From a virus (lineage: Duplodnaviria > Caudoviricetes), in the IMG/VR virus record IMGVR_UViG_3300017912_003441, positions 32,001-96,000 of that record: DNA of 64,000 nt; one strand, written 5' to 3'. The position numbers were made by a program, and so were the translations under genes. This document shows, in pieces, positions 11,423-22,772 of the stretch. Positions within the stretch are counted from its first letter, which is position 1. Each line of letters begins with the position of its first letter. The notes under the pieces were generated by a model. It saw nothing but the letters and a program-made list of their open reading frames with translations, ran no database searches and was not told where the DNA came from.

Positions 11423-14347
11423 ATGCCTTTTAGCAACAAACAGTCAGACATATTTTACAACGATCAAACGAAAGAAATGTTCGTTTGTACTGTTAGTGCT
11501 ATTACTGCGGCAAGATGCGAAACAGGAGATACTATATACGGTGCATTACCAATAATTTACAAAATCGATAAAGATACAAATTATAGACAAACAATATATC
11601 CTGATAATTTAGACACCTTTCATACAGATGAAAACTCTGATATATTTAAATTAACTCCTCCATGTCCTGTAGAAGATTTAAATTTTGACTCTATAACAAA
11701 ACCTCTCATTAATTATAATAAGGACACGTCAAGATATTCTGTAACCTTTTTAGGTCGGTTCGCTAGTGATGTAGATGGATTAGTAATTAATAATTATATT
11801 TTCGAAGATGTAGATAGTAAGTTTCATTTATTAAAAGCTAAATCTCTTTTACCGCAAAATTCTTTATCAGCTGTTAACGGTCGATTTACATTTGATAGTG
11901 GTTATTTAAACTCTGATTTATATATTGGTGGTAATACTGTACGTAACCAAAACGCATCTTGGTTTAACCCAGCAGATGGAGAAGAAGTAGAAAGGTCTCC
12001 TAACTACATGGTGTCTCCTACTCATGTAGAAAGTACAAGCGCAATAGGCTTTAATCTAATTCAAGACAATACAAACACAGCACTTGATGCTCTTACAGGG
12101 GATAAAAATTTCCCTCTTATGTTTAGCGGTGGTTACATAACTGTTAATCCAAAGTATGCTGCTTATGATCCACAACATACTATAAGAATAGATTTTCGGG
12201 CGAGAAGTTTTAACGTACCTGCTCCGACTGCTTATGCGAGTACCCAAACAGTAGGCAATAGCGCCTCAAGATGGGTCCAGCAATATTCACCAGCTGGTGC
12301 AGGAGAAGGTTTTTGTGTATATTTGTTTGAACAACCTCAAAAGGATCGGTATGTTGTACCTAATGGTGTTGCATCAACACTCGGTTATAGTCCAGCAGAC
12401 TTCAATGTAGTTGAAACCGCTGGCTCTGCTCAAACTACAGTTGGTTTGTTTGAGAGAAACAATTGGAACCCATTTAAAGAAACATATGGTTGTATTGGAG
12501 ACGGTCAAGAGGCAAATAGTTTCATAGGTGTTGGTTTTGATATAGCTGGTAATTTCGGTTCTACTTCAGAAGATAAACCTGGGTGGTTTAATGTAAATAC
12601 AACTACTCCTTCTCCATGCTCAGTATCGATAAGAGGAAACAGGTTTACTAATAATCAAATATTAACCTCAGTAGATCTTTCTGCTGTTCCTGGTTCAACC
12701 GCTATACCTCTACATACGTCTGCAGCTGATGCAGTTTTTGTTGATTACAGAGTAGATCTAACTAATAAAGGAAATAGATTAACTGTCTCACACAAATTAA
12801 CATCGAGTGAAACATATAACACTATATTAGATTTACGTCTTAATAAGATACAGGGAAGTTATTATAGTACGACTGGTAATGCTGGTAATGTAGGTGGTAG
12901 TAATATGTATGATCCGTGGTCTGGTTTTCAGGTACAAGATGATGAATACCCGTTACTAAACATAGGTCTATCTTTTACTACAAGTACAAAAGTAAGTCAG
13001 TTTGAATTACATTCGTTCGAAGTAAAAGGAGTTAGAGTACATAACCCGTGGGATGAGAAAATCGAACCTGAAACACAAGAACAAAAAACACGGATTGATT
13101 ACATAAACAAATCTTCTAAAAATCTTAGAGAACGACTTACTTATTCTGAGCTAGACGATAACGTAGACATAGAAATGGTTGTCCCTGCAAAGAGTAATAT
13201 TGCAAGTGAATTATACGAGCAGACAAATACAACCGAGATTACATTGTGTGATATTAATGAACCAGAATTTATAGAAGAAGAGGTAGAGGTTAAATACACT
13301 GGCATTAGACCGGAAGATATTGATACAGTTGTACAAGCAGTTGAGCGTGGAGATTTAATACCAGAAATAGGTGGAGGTTCAATACCAAGAGCGACTGGAG
13401 ATCTTGTTGTACCGTCAGAACCACTTGCGACTTTATTACCATCTTTCCAGAAACAAATAACAGATACAGGTGAAGTGAGATTCACTCTTGGAGGTAATAA
13501 AGGATGGTCTGCTGTTTGTTTCTTAAAAGGGGATCGAGCACCAATATTAGGCAATCCTGTAAATCAATTATTAACTAATTCTGCAAACGCGTGGAACGGT
13601 CATCTATTTGATCCATTAATATATAACGGTAGAGAATATTGTGTATATATGAGAGTTAGAAACCTAGGGTTAACAACAGATACTAAAATATATTATACAG
13701 AAGATTATGACGAACTTAACGAACTGTTTATCGATGCCATAGAAAAAGACTTTGAAGCGAACGGAGCTGAGAAATATACTAAAGTATGGGAGTTAATGCC
13801 CATGGTGGAAACACCTGCTACCCCGTGGGAAGGTAAAATGTCCGACTGGGAAGGCGCAGATGGAAGACCAGATTGGAACTGGGTTAAAGTCGGTTCTAAA
13901 GAAGACGCAGTTGAGAAATACCAAGACGGTGGCGATGTTTGCATGGTGATAGAGGACCAGAAGGGCTTCCTCAACTTAACTGGTCATCGATTAGGGCAAG
14001 ATAAAAACGGTTATACTGGTTTAGTAGAAATAGATTTCGCTTTACTTGATATTATAAATACCCCAGATGATATAGCAGCAAGCGCAGAAAAAGCTCTAGT
14101 TATAACTTTAGATGAAGCTAAAAGAATGAGCAGATTATACGGTATAAAATGGGAACAGTTAACTGCTTATGAAGATGGTTATACATACTATTTACTGCCT
14201 AACACGATGGGGCAGGTTCCCAATCCTACTACCGCGCAGACCGAACTAAGAGAAAAATTTCCAGACTTTTATGCGAGTCAAGTAGGAACTGGTGGCAATT
14301 GGTTCGCAACTAAAGGTAGTTTTGATCTGAAAGATCTACAAGGTTAA
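11423..14347 (+). CDS. virion protein with L-type (legume) lectin-like domain
   Basis: GEGFCVY...IGVGFDIAGNF resembles the L-lectin GxDGFAF/VEFDT motifs; TAAATA upstream. Confidence 0.6.
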   Translation: MPFSNKQSDIFYNDQTKEMFVCTVSAITAARCETGDTIYGALPIIYKIDKDTNYRQTIYPDNLDTFHTDENSDIFKLTPPCPVEDLNFDSITKPLINYNKDTSRYSVTFLGRFASDVDGLVINNYIFEDVDSKFHLLKAKSLLPQNSLSAVNGRFTFDSGYLNSDLYIGGNTVRNQNASWFNPADGEEVERSPNYMVSPTHVESTSAIGFNLIQDNTNTALDALTGDKNFPLMFSGGYITVNPKYAAYDPQHTIRIDFRARSFNVPAPTAYASTQTVGNSASRWVQQYSPAGAGEGFCVYLFEQPQKDRYVVPNGVASTLGYSPADFNVVETAGSAQTTVGLFERNNWNPFKETYGCIGDGQEANSFIGVGFDIAGNFGSTSEDKPGWFNVNTTTPSPCSVSIRGNRFTNNQILTSVDLSAVPGSTAIPLHTSAADAVFVDYRVDLTNKGNRLTVSHKLTSSETYNTILDLRLNKIQGSYYSTTGNAGNVGGSNMYDPWSGFQVQDDEYPLLNIGLSFTTSTKVSQFELHSFEVKGVRVHNPWDEKIEPETQEQKTRIDYINKSSKNLRERLTYSELDDNVDIEMVVPAKSNIASELYEQTNTTEITLCDINEPEFIEEEVEVKYTGIRPEDIDTVVQAVERGDLIPEIGGGSIPRATGDLVVPSEPLATLLPSFQKQITDTGEVRFTLGGNKGWSAVCFLKGDRAPILGNPVNQLLTNSANAWNGHLFDPLIYNGREYCVYMRVRNLGLTTDTKIYYTEDYDELNELFIDAIEKDFEANGAEKYTKVWELMPMVETPATPWEGKMSDWEGADGRPDWNWVKVGSKEDAVEKYQDGGDVCMVIEDQKGFLNLTGHRLGQDKNGYTGLVEIDFALLDIINTPDDIAASAEKALVITLDEAKRMSRLYGIKWEQLTAYEDGYTYYLLPNTMGQVPNPTTAQTELREKFPDFYASQVGTGGNWFATKGSFDLKDLQG

Positions 14348-14349
14348 TA

Positions 14350-15423
14350 ATGAATACAACGACATACACAGTAACAGCAACACCTAGTCCGTTCGGTGGA
14401 ACGAAGACTAAGTCTAAATCTATCACTGGTACTAATGACGTTACGTTCGACTTTGGTGGCTTAAGTAGCTATGATGCTGCTGCAGGTGGTAACTATCGCA
14501 TCAATAAAGTTATAGTAGATTTCGATGATGGGCAAGAACTTGTAGTAAATAGACCTCTTTCAGCCTCTACAATTCCATCTTTATCTAGTCATACATTCAC
14601 ACATACTATTGAGAGTGATTTTACTGACATGGCGACCCGTCATGTATACTTTACAATATATAGAGATGATCAAGAAGTAGATGTTATAGATTTAAAATTT
14701 ACAGTCGAAAAAGCTCCTATCGAAAAATATGAAAATGTTAATTTGTTAAAAACAGATTACTTTAATGACGACAAAAATGATGAAAAGTTATTATTAACAT
14801 TTATTAACAAAAACCCTGAAGTACTAGGATTGAGCTTATTAGATGTAGATAACGAAACAGATGTATATGATCCTGCTTTAGCAACTAGCCAGGGAGTAAG
14901 TGCTGAATCATTTAATGTTGGGTTTACAACCGAGTATATACAAACTCAAGCATCTCAGTCTAATACTGCTGAAGGTGTACAGGTAAGTCTTACTGACATT
15001 ATTAACCCAAATACAGGGCTACCTAAAAATAACGGTTCTATAAGTCTAAAATATAGAACAAGAGCTGCTGATCCAAATAATCAAGGCGCTGTTAATTTAC
15101 CTAACAACCCGGCTCTGTTTTACATACCATTAACTGCTAATTCTGGTTTCATGCATTTGAGCGGGTTCTTGAGTTGGAACTGTGGTGATTTACTTAAAGA
15201 TGTAGACTTATCAACTAAAACAATTACAATACCGCTTGTTGATATTGTAGGTACAAGAGTTTCTTTAGGAGATTATTATTTTACTAATGTTAATACAGGT
15301 GTTGGAACATCTGTAATGGGTCTTGCATCTGGTGGTTATTTTTATGTAGATTTATATGATGTATCTGGATGTGACTCAATAACAACACAAACAAGTACAA
15401 TTACAGCGTTTGTAAATTACTAA
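14350..15423 (+). CDS. putative virion structural protein
   Basis: Beta-rich, Thr/Ser-rich; VDFDDG PKD-like motif. Confidence 0.55.
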   Translation: MNTTTYTVTATPSPFGGTKTKSKSITGTNDVTFDFGGLSSYDAAAGGNYRINKVIVDFDDGQELVVNRPLSASTIPSLSSHTFTHTIESDFTDMATRHVYFTIYRDDQEVDVIDLKFTVEKAPIEKYENVNLLKTDYFNDDKNDEKLLLTFINKNPEVLGLSLLDVDNETDVYDPALATSQGVSAESFNVGFTTEYIQTQASQSNTAEGVQVSLTDIINPNTGLPKNNGSISLKYRTRAADPNNQGAVNLPNNPALFYIPLTANSGFMHLSGFLSWNCGDLLKDVDLSTKTITIPLVDIVGTRVSLGDYYFTNVNTGVGTSVMGLASGGYFYVDLYDVSGCDSITTQTSTITAFVNY

Positions 15424-15441
15424 TAGGAATTAAATAATTAT

Positions 15442-16374
15442 ATGGCGATAGAAGACGAAATTATTAATATATCAGATATTGATATTGGAACAGAGATACT
15501 TAATAGTGACAAGCTATTAATAGAAACAAGCAATGGCACTAAGATGATTGCTTTTAAAGACTTTGTTGTAGGTCCTGATAATATTAGCTCAGTCCGACAA
15601 AGTCAAATTGAAGGTAATGTTGAAGGAGAAGCAGATACGTTTTATAATGTAGTAACTGGTTTTAATATTCTTAACAATCAAACAACACCAGGTTTAAATA
15701 CACAATATGATCAAATTAGTGGTACAGTAGAATTAGGTAAATTTAACTTTAACGCTATCGCCAACTTAGCGTCTGTTTCAGCTGATATTGCTACTAATGC
15801 GGCTGCTGTCGATGAACTGCGAGTTGTTTTAGACGGTCTCGCCTCTCTACTTGCAGATACAAGTAGCGCAACTCTTAACAGTATTACTTTAACAACATCA
15901 GCTTGTAATTGTATTGTAAGAGGTGCATTTAAAGCTTCAAACAACAATTCAAGTTTATCTTTTACCACAGCGGAACTTGATCCATCAACAACAAACCCAA
16001 ACTGTACTGTACAATTAAGTCCGTTCAAACTTACGTTTCCAGACGCGAATGAAGGTTTCGTAGATGGCTCCCGCTATATGATACTTGGTAATATTTCTGG
16101 CATATCGTCCCGGGGTAGTACTGGAGCTGGAGGAAGCAGGAAATTTTTTCGTGAAGCCAGTATGGTAATATACAGAGACGAAGCTGAAGGTGGAACATCG
16201 CATGTATATGGGAAATCCCATTACGTCCCTCGGGTTAGCCAGAGTCATGGAGATGAACCGTTCGCTTTCGATATTATGGCAGTAGTTAAAATAGGTGTTG
16301 GGGACTCCTTGAGGATTACTCTTCCTAAAGGCACACCACAAAGAGGCTCCTTAGATATATTTAAAATTTCTTAA
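15442..16374 (+). CDS. putative short fibre/spike protein
   Basis: Fibre-type N-terminus, central coiled coil, C-terminal beta domain. Confidence 0.5.
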   Translation: MAIEDEIINISDIDIGTEILNSDKLLIETSNGTKMIAFKDFVVGPDNISSVRQSQIEGNVEGEADTFYNVVTGFNILNNQTTPGLNTQYDQISGTVELGKFNFNAIANLASVSADIATNAAAVDELRVVLDGLASLLADTSSATLNSITLTTSACNCIVRGAFKASNNNSSLSFTTAELDPSTTNPNCTVQLSPFKLTFPDANEGFVDGSRYMILGNISGISSRGSTGAGGSRKFFREASMVIYRDEAEGGTSHVYGKSHYVPRVSQSHGDEPFAFDIMAVVKIGVGDSLRITLPKGTPQRGSLDIFKIS

Positions 16375-16376
16375 CT

Positions 16377-19300
16377 ATGATTATTAACTCTATTAATACT
16401 GAAAGTATTACGCCAGTCGAGTATAATCATATGCACGACAGCACGCTAGTATTCAGAAAATATAGAGAAAACTTTGACTTCGGTTTAACAGTAGATCAAT
16501 ACTACTTTAATAAAGACGCAAAAGATAGAAAAACAAATTACAATACTCAGTACATATTATCTGAGCTCCAACCACTATCTACTATCTTAGAGTTAAAAAT
16601 ACCTTACACGAAAAAAGCAACAGAGGAGTTTACAACTACCGTAAAATTTGACGGAGACTTTCTTATGACTTCGGGGTCAGGAGACTCAGGTTTAAGTGCT
16701 AACTTTGTTTCATCTACTGAGTTTAGTAATTTAAGCAGTCAGTTCTTTTTTACTTTCACTCTTACAAGTACGTCATTAACTAAATCTACAGCTGTAACAG
16801 CAACATCAGGCAATATACTTCCGCCAGAAGATAGAGTTATTGTTACAACTACTTCTGCAGACAATACGTATTATCTTGCTGCAGTTTCTGGTACTGATAC
16901 TACAGCGACATTTTTACCCTTGTCAGCAGTATCATCTGATATACCTAGTTTTAGATATAATTTAGACAATAATAAATTAATACTCTCTAATGTTACTCCA
17001 GAGTTATCTGCTCGTGATGGTAGATTATGTAATCACGGAGGAACTCTGAGCTTATCTGGTATTGATAACTTTTTTAATACAGCAAGTTTACTTAGCGCTT
17101 GTATATTTGATATTAATAGATATGAGCTGACAAAAGACTATAAGACATTACCTAATAGTTTTGTTAAATATACTTCTTCTTTTAATACAGATGTTGTAGA
17201 TTTAAATACTAGTACTGTAACAGAGTACATTAGTAATAATTATTTTGTTTATAGTAATAATTATAATTACTTTCAACAAAAGCAGAACAATACCAACACT
17301 GTACACGCAGATATATTTCCTTTAAAAAACCAAGCTACGCTACACGAATATTACGCGGAAAATAATCACTTTAATTCCGAACCAGGCTATTTAAACCGCG
17401 TATATGAAAAAATACATGCAGGCACAAACCAACAAACAGGTACAGACAAAATAGGAATATCTTATAATATAGGTACATATGATATTGCGTTTAAGCCTAA
17501 CAAATTAACATACTTCACGACCCCTAGTTCTTTATCTCCGTATACTGTTTTACACATTAAAGATTCTAAGATAGAAAACTTAGGAGCTATACCAGGAGAT
17601 AATCCGTTAATGTCGGACAAGGTCTTTAAGAGACGAGTAGATATTAAAAATAACAACTACAGTAATAATACTGATCCGACTTATTTGTGTAGTTGGTTAT
17701 CCGGTAATAGTGATGGAGAAACAAAATGGGTAGATAGGTATTATAACCCATCTATTAAAAACTTTACTGCTGCTCTTTCTACTACATCTTATTATAAGGT
17801 TGTTACTGCAGCTGGCGCTGAAACAACAGAGACATTCGACGTTTCATCTAGTTTAACATTTGAGCCTAATAATGATTATATGTTTTATCATATAGGGTCG
17901 AATGACTATGGAAAGTTATTTGAAGCTTATAATACTCAATATAATGAAGCGTCAGGAATAGAGTATATTAATTACAAAGGGGTACCTCAAGTTGTTGATA
18001 AGGTATTAGACGACGATGAGATTGTACTAAACGGAGAGACATTCGGTAGAATTAAAACTGAGTCTATTGGAGACTTTAGTACTAATTTTTGGTTACATAC
18101 TGAAGACAATACCTTACCATTTGGCTACCAGATACTAGGTAATTACTTTGAAGAAGGATTTGGTATATTCAATACTGACTTAATTACCCCTAATATTATC
18201 CTACCTACTCGAAATGAAAAATCTGGTAGAATGAGTAAGTTAATGTTTTTAAATAATGATTTCGAATCTTATGATGAGATTATATTAAGAGATGGTAAGA
18301 GTGAAATTGAGATAAAAGCGATAGGTAGAAAAGATAACTTCTCTGAGTTTTATGTATTAGGTGTTAATAATGTAATATACGTATTTAACAGTAACAATAA
18401 TCTCATTAGTAAGATTGAAGACTTAAAAGATACAAATGCTATAGTAGATGACTTTGAAGTAGGAGAAGACAAATTGCATGTGTTATTTAACCCTGTAACA
18501 GCGGCAGGTAATTTCTTTACTTATAATTATAACACTAATAAAACCAATACTGTTACTACAAGTGTTTCTGCAAATACAAAAGGACAAAAAGGAAAGATTG
18601 TAAGAAAAAATGGCGGTACTACAGTATATAAAGTAGATGCAAATAACGGGTATGGTAATGAGATTAGTTTTGATAGCAGTGGTAACCCATTTGTGTTAAG
18701 ACAAGAGAAACCAAATGACTTATCTAACACTCAAAACTATGTACAAAAAAATGCTGACCCTCTTAACTATTCTGAGTCTTTAACCGACTCTATAAAAGCT
18801 GGCCTCGGTATTAAAACAAAAATTAATGGTGTAATAATTGACGACGATGATAACATTGTTGTACTACATGATAATAATATCATTTCTATTTTAGATAATA
18901 ATCGCAAATTGAAGCGCACTAGAGAATTTTGTGACATTAATAACTTTCCTTTCCAACAAACTTATATGGATATAATTTGTGACTTTGAAGACGGGGTCTA
19001 CAAAAAATATATTTTGTTTATACAAGAATTTAATGACGGTTTTCGATTAACTAAACTTAATGAAAGATTAGAAATTATAGCCTCTAAAAAGTTCTTTAAT
19101 AGTGGTCCAGGAAAACCTAGTTTAGGAAATTTAAAACTCACTAAATCTGTTACATCATATTATTACCTAAGAAATACAGGTGCTAATAAGAACAGACTTA
19201 AAGTTGTAATAAAAGCAAAACCAAAATTTTCTTCCTCTGGAGTTATTCCTAGAGTAAAAAGTTCAATTGACTTTGATATTACAACATTGAATCCTGGTTA

Positions 19301-19826
19301 TAATCATTTCTTTGTTAATGTATCTTTGAGGAAAGGTTATATGGAGCTTTATGTAAATGGAAGTCATTATCAAACAGTTAATTTCTCCGCAGGTACATTT
19401 GCTTTAGATAACATTTTAGGAACTGGTTTGTATGTTGGTGCGGTTAGTACTCCATTTTATCTCACCTTAGCGAATAGGTTACAACAACCTAAGAAGTATT
19501 TTATTAATAATGCTAAGATAAAAGGTTTTAAGCTCTACAACAAAATAATGTCCTATTTCGATATGTTAGCTCATTATAACTATCATATCGGAGACAAAGA
19601 TCTTATCTGGTCATATCCTATCGGTCAAAGAACATATATCGATACTATTGATAAACTGTCTAAATTTAGCTTCCCAGAAAAAATTAATAATAATTATAAG
19701 GTTGACATCCTTAACACAGATATTAAGGATGAGAAGTTGAAAGATAAGATAAAAGAGAGATTAAAAGAGGAGTTAAAGAAAATAACTCCTTACTACGACA
19801 CTAATGAGGAAATGACTATTACTTAG
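16377..19826 (+). CDS. large virion protein with LamG/ConA-like and propeller-like regions
   Basis: FSTNFWL...YNHFFVNV...MELYVNG...LYVGA...FKLYNK LamG-like motifs. Confidence 0.6.
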   Translation: MIINSINTESITPVEYNHMHDSTLVFRKYRENFDFGLTVDQYYFNKDAKDRKTNYNTQYILSELQPLSTILELKIPYTKKATEEFTTTVKFDGDFLMTSGSGDSGLSANFVSSTEFSNLSSQFFFTFTLTSTSLTKSTAVTATSGNILPPEDRVIVTTTSADNTYYLAAVSGTDTTATFLPLSAVSSDIPSFRYNLDNNKLILSNVTPELSARDGRLCNHGGTLSLSGIDNFFNTASLLSACIFDINRYELTKDYKTLPNSFVKYTSSFNTDVVDLNTSTVTEYISNNYFVYSNNYNYFQQKQNNTNTVHADIFPLKNQATLHEYYAENNHFNSEPGYLNRVYEKIHAGTNQQTGTDKIGISYNIGTYDIAFKPNKLTYFTTPSSLSPYTVLHIKDSKIENLGAIPGDNPLMSDKVFKRRVDIKNNNYSNNTDPTYLCSWLSGNSDGETKWVDRYYNPSIKNFTAALSTTSYYKVVTAAGAETTETFDVSSSLTFEPNNDYMFYHIGSNDYGKLFEAYNTQYNEASGIEYINYKGVPQVVDKVLDDDEIVLNGETFGRIKTESIGDFSTNFWLHTEDNTLPFGYQILGNYFEEGFGIFNTDLITPNIILPTRNEKSGRMSKLMFLNNDFESYDEIILRDGKSEIEIKAIGRKDNFSEFYVLGVNNVIYVFNSNNNLISKIEDLKDTNAIVDDFEVGEDKLHVLFNPVTAAGNFFTYNYNTNKTNTVTTSVSANTKGQKGKIVRKNGGTTVYKVDANNGYGNEISFDSSGNPFVLRQEKPNDLSNTQNYVQKNADPLNYSESLTDSIKAGLGIKTKINGVIIDDDDNIVVLHDNNIISILDNNRKLKRTREFCDINNFPFQQTYMDIICDFEDGVYKKYILFIQEFNDGFRLTKLNERLEIIASKKFFNSGPGKPSLGNLKLTKSVTSYYYLRNTGANKNRLKVVIKAKPKFSSSGVIPRVKSSIDFDITTLNPGYNHFFVNVSLRKGYMELYVNGSHYQTVNFSAGTFALDNILGTGLYVGAVSTPFYLTLANRLQQPKKYFINNAKIKGFKLYNKIMSYFDMLAHYNYHIGDKDLIWSYPIGQRTYIDTIDKLSKFSFPEKINNNYKVDILNTDIKDEKLKDKIKERLKEELKKITPYYDTNEEMTIT

Positions 19827-19920
19827 AAAGCAGATCTAAGTAACCACAAGAACGCATATATAAAAAGAAAAAGGATCCCCCAGCTAAGAAGCCCGAGGAT
19901 CATATAAACATATATATTTC

Positions 19921-20133
19921 TCATCTACCAGATACAAACAACGCTTTAACGTTTTCTAACTCAGCAACAACTTGTTGAGCTAAATGCAATTGAGCACTAT
20001 CTGTACCTTCCATAATTAACGATTGACCGTTATAGGTATGCTCATTTACAATACGTCGATACTTACTAATCATACCGTCTAATGCGGCGTATGTTTGTGT
20101 AGGTTTATTTCTTTCGAATTCTGATGGGTTCAT
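19921..20133 (-). CDS. hypothetical protein
   Basis: Start moved to the ATG in TAAATAATTATATG. Confidence 0.55.
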   Translation of the reverse strand: MNPSEFERNKPTQTYAALDGMISKYRRIVNEHTYNGQSLIMEGTDSAQLHLAQQVVAELENVKALFVSGR

Positions 20134-20137
20134 ATAA

Positions 20138-20395
20138 TTATTTAGCTTTAGGTGATACAACATGCACGCCCGACCCACGACCGGATAATTTACCATAAGG
20201 GTTGAGGCGGCGATAATCAGCGAAGTTCTCTTGACTTACAATCTGACAATCACCGCCAGTCTTATGACCAAATACCATAATACCTTTCTTACGAGAAGGT
20301 CCTCGTCCATTAAAGGCACAAGACTTACAGATCTTAAAACCGAATTCAACCCTTACAGGTTCGATAGTATTACCACAAATGCAATCCATATTCAA
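20138..20395 (-). CDS. small C4 zinc-finger protein
   Basis: CICG...CKSC; sigma70-like promoter upstream. Confidence 0.55.
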   Translation of the reverse strand: MNMDCICGNTIEPVRVEFGFKICKSCAFNGRGPSRKKGIMVFGHKTGGDCQIVSQENFADYRRLNPYGKLSGRGSGVHVVSPKAK

Positions 20396-20453
20396 TATAA
20401 TAGGAAAGCTAGAGAATTAATCAATTGATTAATTCAGGGTAAAATTAATCAAA

Positions 20454-20804
20454 TCAGAAACCTATCTTTTGAGCCTGCCAAAAACCATCTAGAGCTTTCT
20501 CACCACCTAACGTAGCATTAAGACAGGTAAGAATAACAGTCGCTTCTCCTGATATGTTTTTTCTCTCTGCCTCAAACATCTCATTAATAATTAACGACTT
20601 TCCATCCTCACTTAGCCCTGTCCAAGGTCCAGAGCAATTTACCATCACCCATTTATTTGTCTCTACTTGGTTACCATCAACATCTGTCCCTGTTCCCTTT
20701 TCTTGTTGATAGGTTGCGATCGCCATGTTAGAATAATCTGACGCCATCCATTGAGCAGTAATTCCATGCTCATGCTTTAAAAGTACTTGTTGATTAAATC
20801 TCAT
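20454..20804 (-). CDS. hypothetical protein
   Basis: 116-aa ORF. Confidence 0.55.
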   Translation of the reverse strand: MRFNQQVLLKHEHGITAQWMASDYSNMAIATYQQEKGTGTDVDGNQVETNKWVMVNCSGPWTGLSEDGKSLIINEMFEAERKNISGEATVILTCLNATLGGEKALDGFWQAQKIGF

Positions 20805-20850
20805 AATATTATTTACCCTTATAAAAATTAGAGCAATAGTATAATTGAAA

Positions 20851-21342
20851 TTAATGCAAATCTTTTTTCTTGGATAACTTCTCTAGAATGTGATACAGTT
20901 GAATGAATTCTTTCTTATATCGTCTTTCGAATCGTCGAGCATCTACTTCCCATTTATTTTGACAGTATGTAGGTCGCTCTTTATCAACATCTTCATCTGT
21001 GTAGTTTAACTTCTCTTCAGATACCCCCAGCATGTTATCCTGTATCCAATGTCTAAGCTCATGAAGATAATGACTTACAAATGTATCAAACCTCTTCTCT
21101 TTACTCCAACCATTCTGATCTAGATTTCCAGTCAAGTAAAGCTCGTCGAAACCAAAATAATATCCACTGCTGTTTGCGTTCTTATATCGCTTAATCTCAA
21201 TCTCAGGAAAGACCCACTTGTTGTGTCGCCGAATTTGATTGAGAAGTATGTTTGTACATTTTTGGATGATACGAATATCGATTTCATTATCACGCAACCA
21301 TTTTTTTATAGTTTGTTTCGCATGCAATTCTATCGACAGCAT
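20851..21342 (-). CDS. putative zincin metallopeptidase
   Basis: HELRH (HExxH) plus downstream WEVDAR; start after TAAATAATTAT. Confidence 0.65.
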   Translation of the reverse strand: MLSIELHAKQTIKKWLRDNEIDIRIIQKCTNILLNQIRRHNKWVFPEIEIKRYKNANSSGYYFGFDELYLTGNLDQNGWSKEKRFDTFVSHYLHELRHWIQDNMLGVSEEKLNYTDEDVDKERPTYCQNKWEVDARRFERRYKKEFIQLYHILEKLSKKKDLH

Positions 21343-21447
21343 ATAATTATTTAGTCGAGTCAATCACACGAAGGAACATAAAAAAGCAGCTTTTCCGAAC
21401 GGTTCTCTCCTATTTGTTCATACAGGGAATATAAGATTTGGTGATAG

Positions 21448-21476
21448 AAAAACCCATGGTTTCCCATGGGTTCTCT
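21448..21476 (-). terminator. intrinsic terminator
   Basis: AACCCATGG-loop-CCATGGGTT hairpin followed by a T-run on the - strand. Confidence 0.7.
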
Positions 21477-21500
21477 ATGTTGTTGTTGGATGAGGAGAAA

Positions 21501-22526
21501 TTAATCTACTAGCACGATTTCGCGCTCTTTTACAACTGGCTTATCGAACATTACAGTACCAGTTAGCAGGTTCAATGCGCGGCGCTTGAATCGATCCATC
21601 TGACCACCTGGAGTATTCAAACTACCAATCCGATTCTGGATGTATTCATGATTCTTATTCTCAATCGCATTAGCCATCCGAGTTGCATGCTGATGATGAT
21701 CAACATACTCAGTCACCGCGTTAAACGCATCCCACCGCGACTTACCAAGATTACCAGCACCACGTGAAAAGAGAGCTGCAACATCGTTATGCACTCGAGC
21801 AGTCTTCTCATCTTCAGTATCGCGCATCGGGTATAAATGACCAAGAAAGTTATATAACTCTTCTTTTGAAATCGTCCTACTATCAAGTTTCGCGAAATCG
21901 GTATACATGTTCTTCAAGCTGTCAATATTCTTAGCGAAGATTGCCTTAACTGTATCCAATCGCTTTTCCCAATTAGCAAAATGCTGAATTCGATAATCGC
22001 GAGTAGACTCTTTAGTCATAGCTACAAACTGATTATTACATGCACCTCGCATCGACGTCGGGAAGATACAATTAGATACAATACCATCTTGACCAATCAA
22101 CATAGTTAGCATTGAGTTGATCTTATCACCCTTACGATTAGGGATCTCAAACGTATAGTCCTTTGGAAGCTCAGCTTGAACCCAAATTCGACTACCACCG
22201 CGCATAACTCCGGCGGCTTTATATTCAGCGCCATACATTTTGCGAACTTCATCAAATGCATCAATTAATTCATGATTCTGAATTGGTGCATACTTACGAC
22301 CTGTAACTGCATAGACTTGACCAGTCTTATTATTACGCAACCCGTAAAACCTATCAAAGTTATCATCTCCAGTAGCTTTACCGAGATTGACTTGCTCTAC
22401 TTCGAAATCTAGACCAGCCTTAGTGTAAAGCTCATCTTTACTCGAAATCTGATGAACACCTTCAACTGCAATTGCTGAGTGTTCGTTAATGTCTTGAAGG
22501 GCGACGTTCTTATCGTTTATTCTCAT
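21501..22526 (-). CDS. DUF932/DUF945 family (TIGR03299-like) protein
   Basis: AGLDFEV, Y.PIQN.E, G.M.GG.RIW, R.AC.NQ, W.AFNAVTEY.DH. Confidence 0.85.
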   Translation of the reverse strand: MRINDKNVALQDINEHSAIAVEGVHQISSKDELYTKAGLDFEVEQVNLGKATGDDNFDRFYGLRNNKTGQVYAVTGRKYAPIQNHELIDAFDEVRKMYGAEYKAAGVMRGGSRIWVQAELPKDYTFEIPNRKGDKINSMLTMLIGQDGIVSNCIFPTSMRGACNNQFVAMTKESTRDYRIQHFANWEKRLDTVKAIFAKNIDSLKNMYTDFAKLDSRTISKEELYNFLGHLYPMRDTEDEKTARVHNDVAALFSRGAGNLGKSRWDAFNAVTEYVDHHQHATRMANAIENKNHEYIQNRIGSLNTPGGQMDRFKRRALNLLTGTVMFDKPVVKEREIVLVD

Positions 22527-22535
22527 AACTCGTTT

Positions 22536-22580
22536 ATTATAGACTGTCTCTTATTCTTTATCAACTACTTTTTTCCGGAT
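22536..22580 (-). promoter_or_regulatory. early sigma70-like promoter with ATCCGGA upstream element
   Basis: - strand ATCCGGAAAAAAAGTAG-TTGATA-spacer-TATAAT. Confidence 0.75.
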
Positions 22581-22772
22581 ATATGAACCTTTACCCTTTT
22601 TGGGTCTGTGCACTCTGGATCCGGTGTTGAATCTTATTAAGACTCTTGGCTTTAGACTTTTCATAGTTTCTCACTTTAATCTCGAATTTGTTCCGATTAA
22701 CCATTATTCGCATTTTGACTGCCATAACTTCAATCATTATAGCTATTTATGAGAAACAGTCAAGCTTTATCT

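Noticed and set aside
1017-18730. Antisense ORFs within structural genes (e.g. 1017..1379, 13141..13554, 15711..16028)
   Set aside because: Shadow ORFs of well-supported + strand genes, with no motifs
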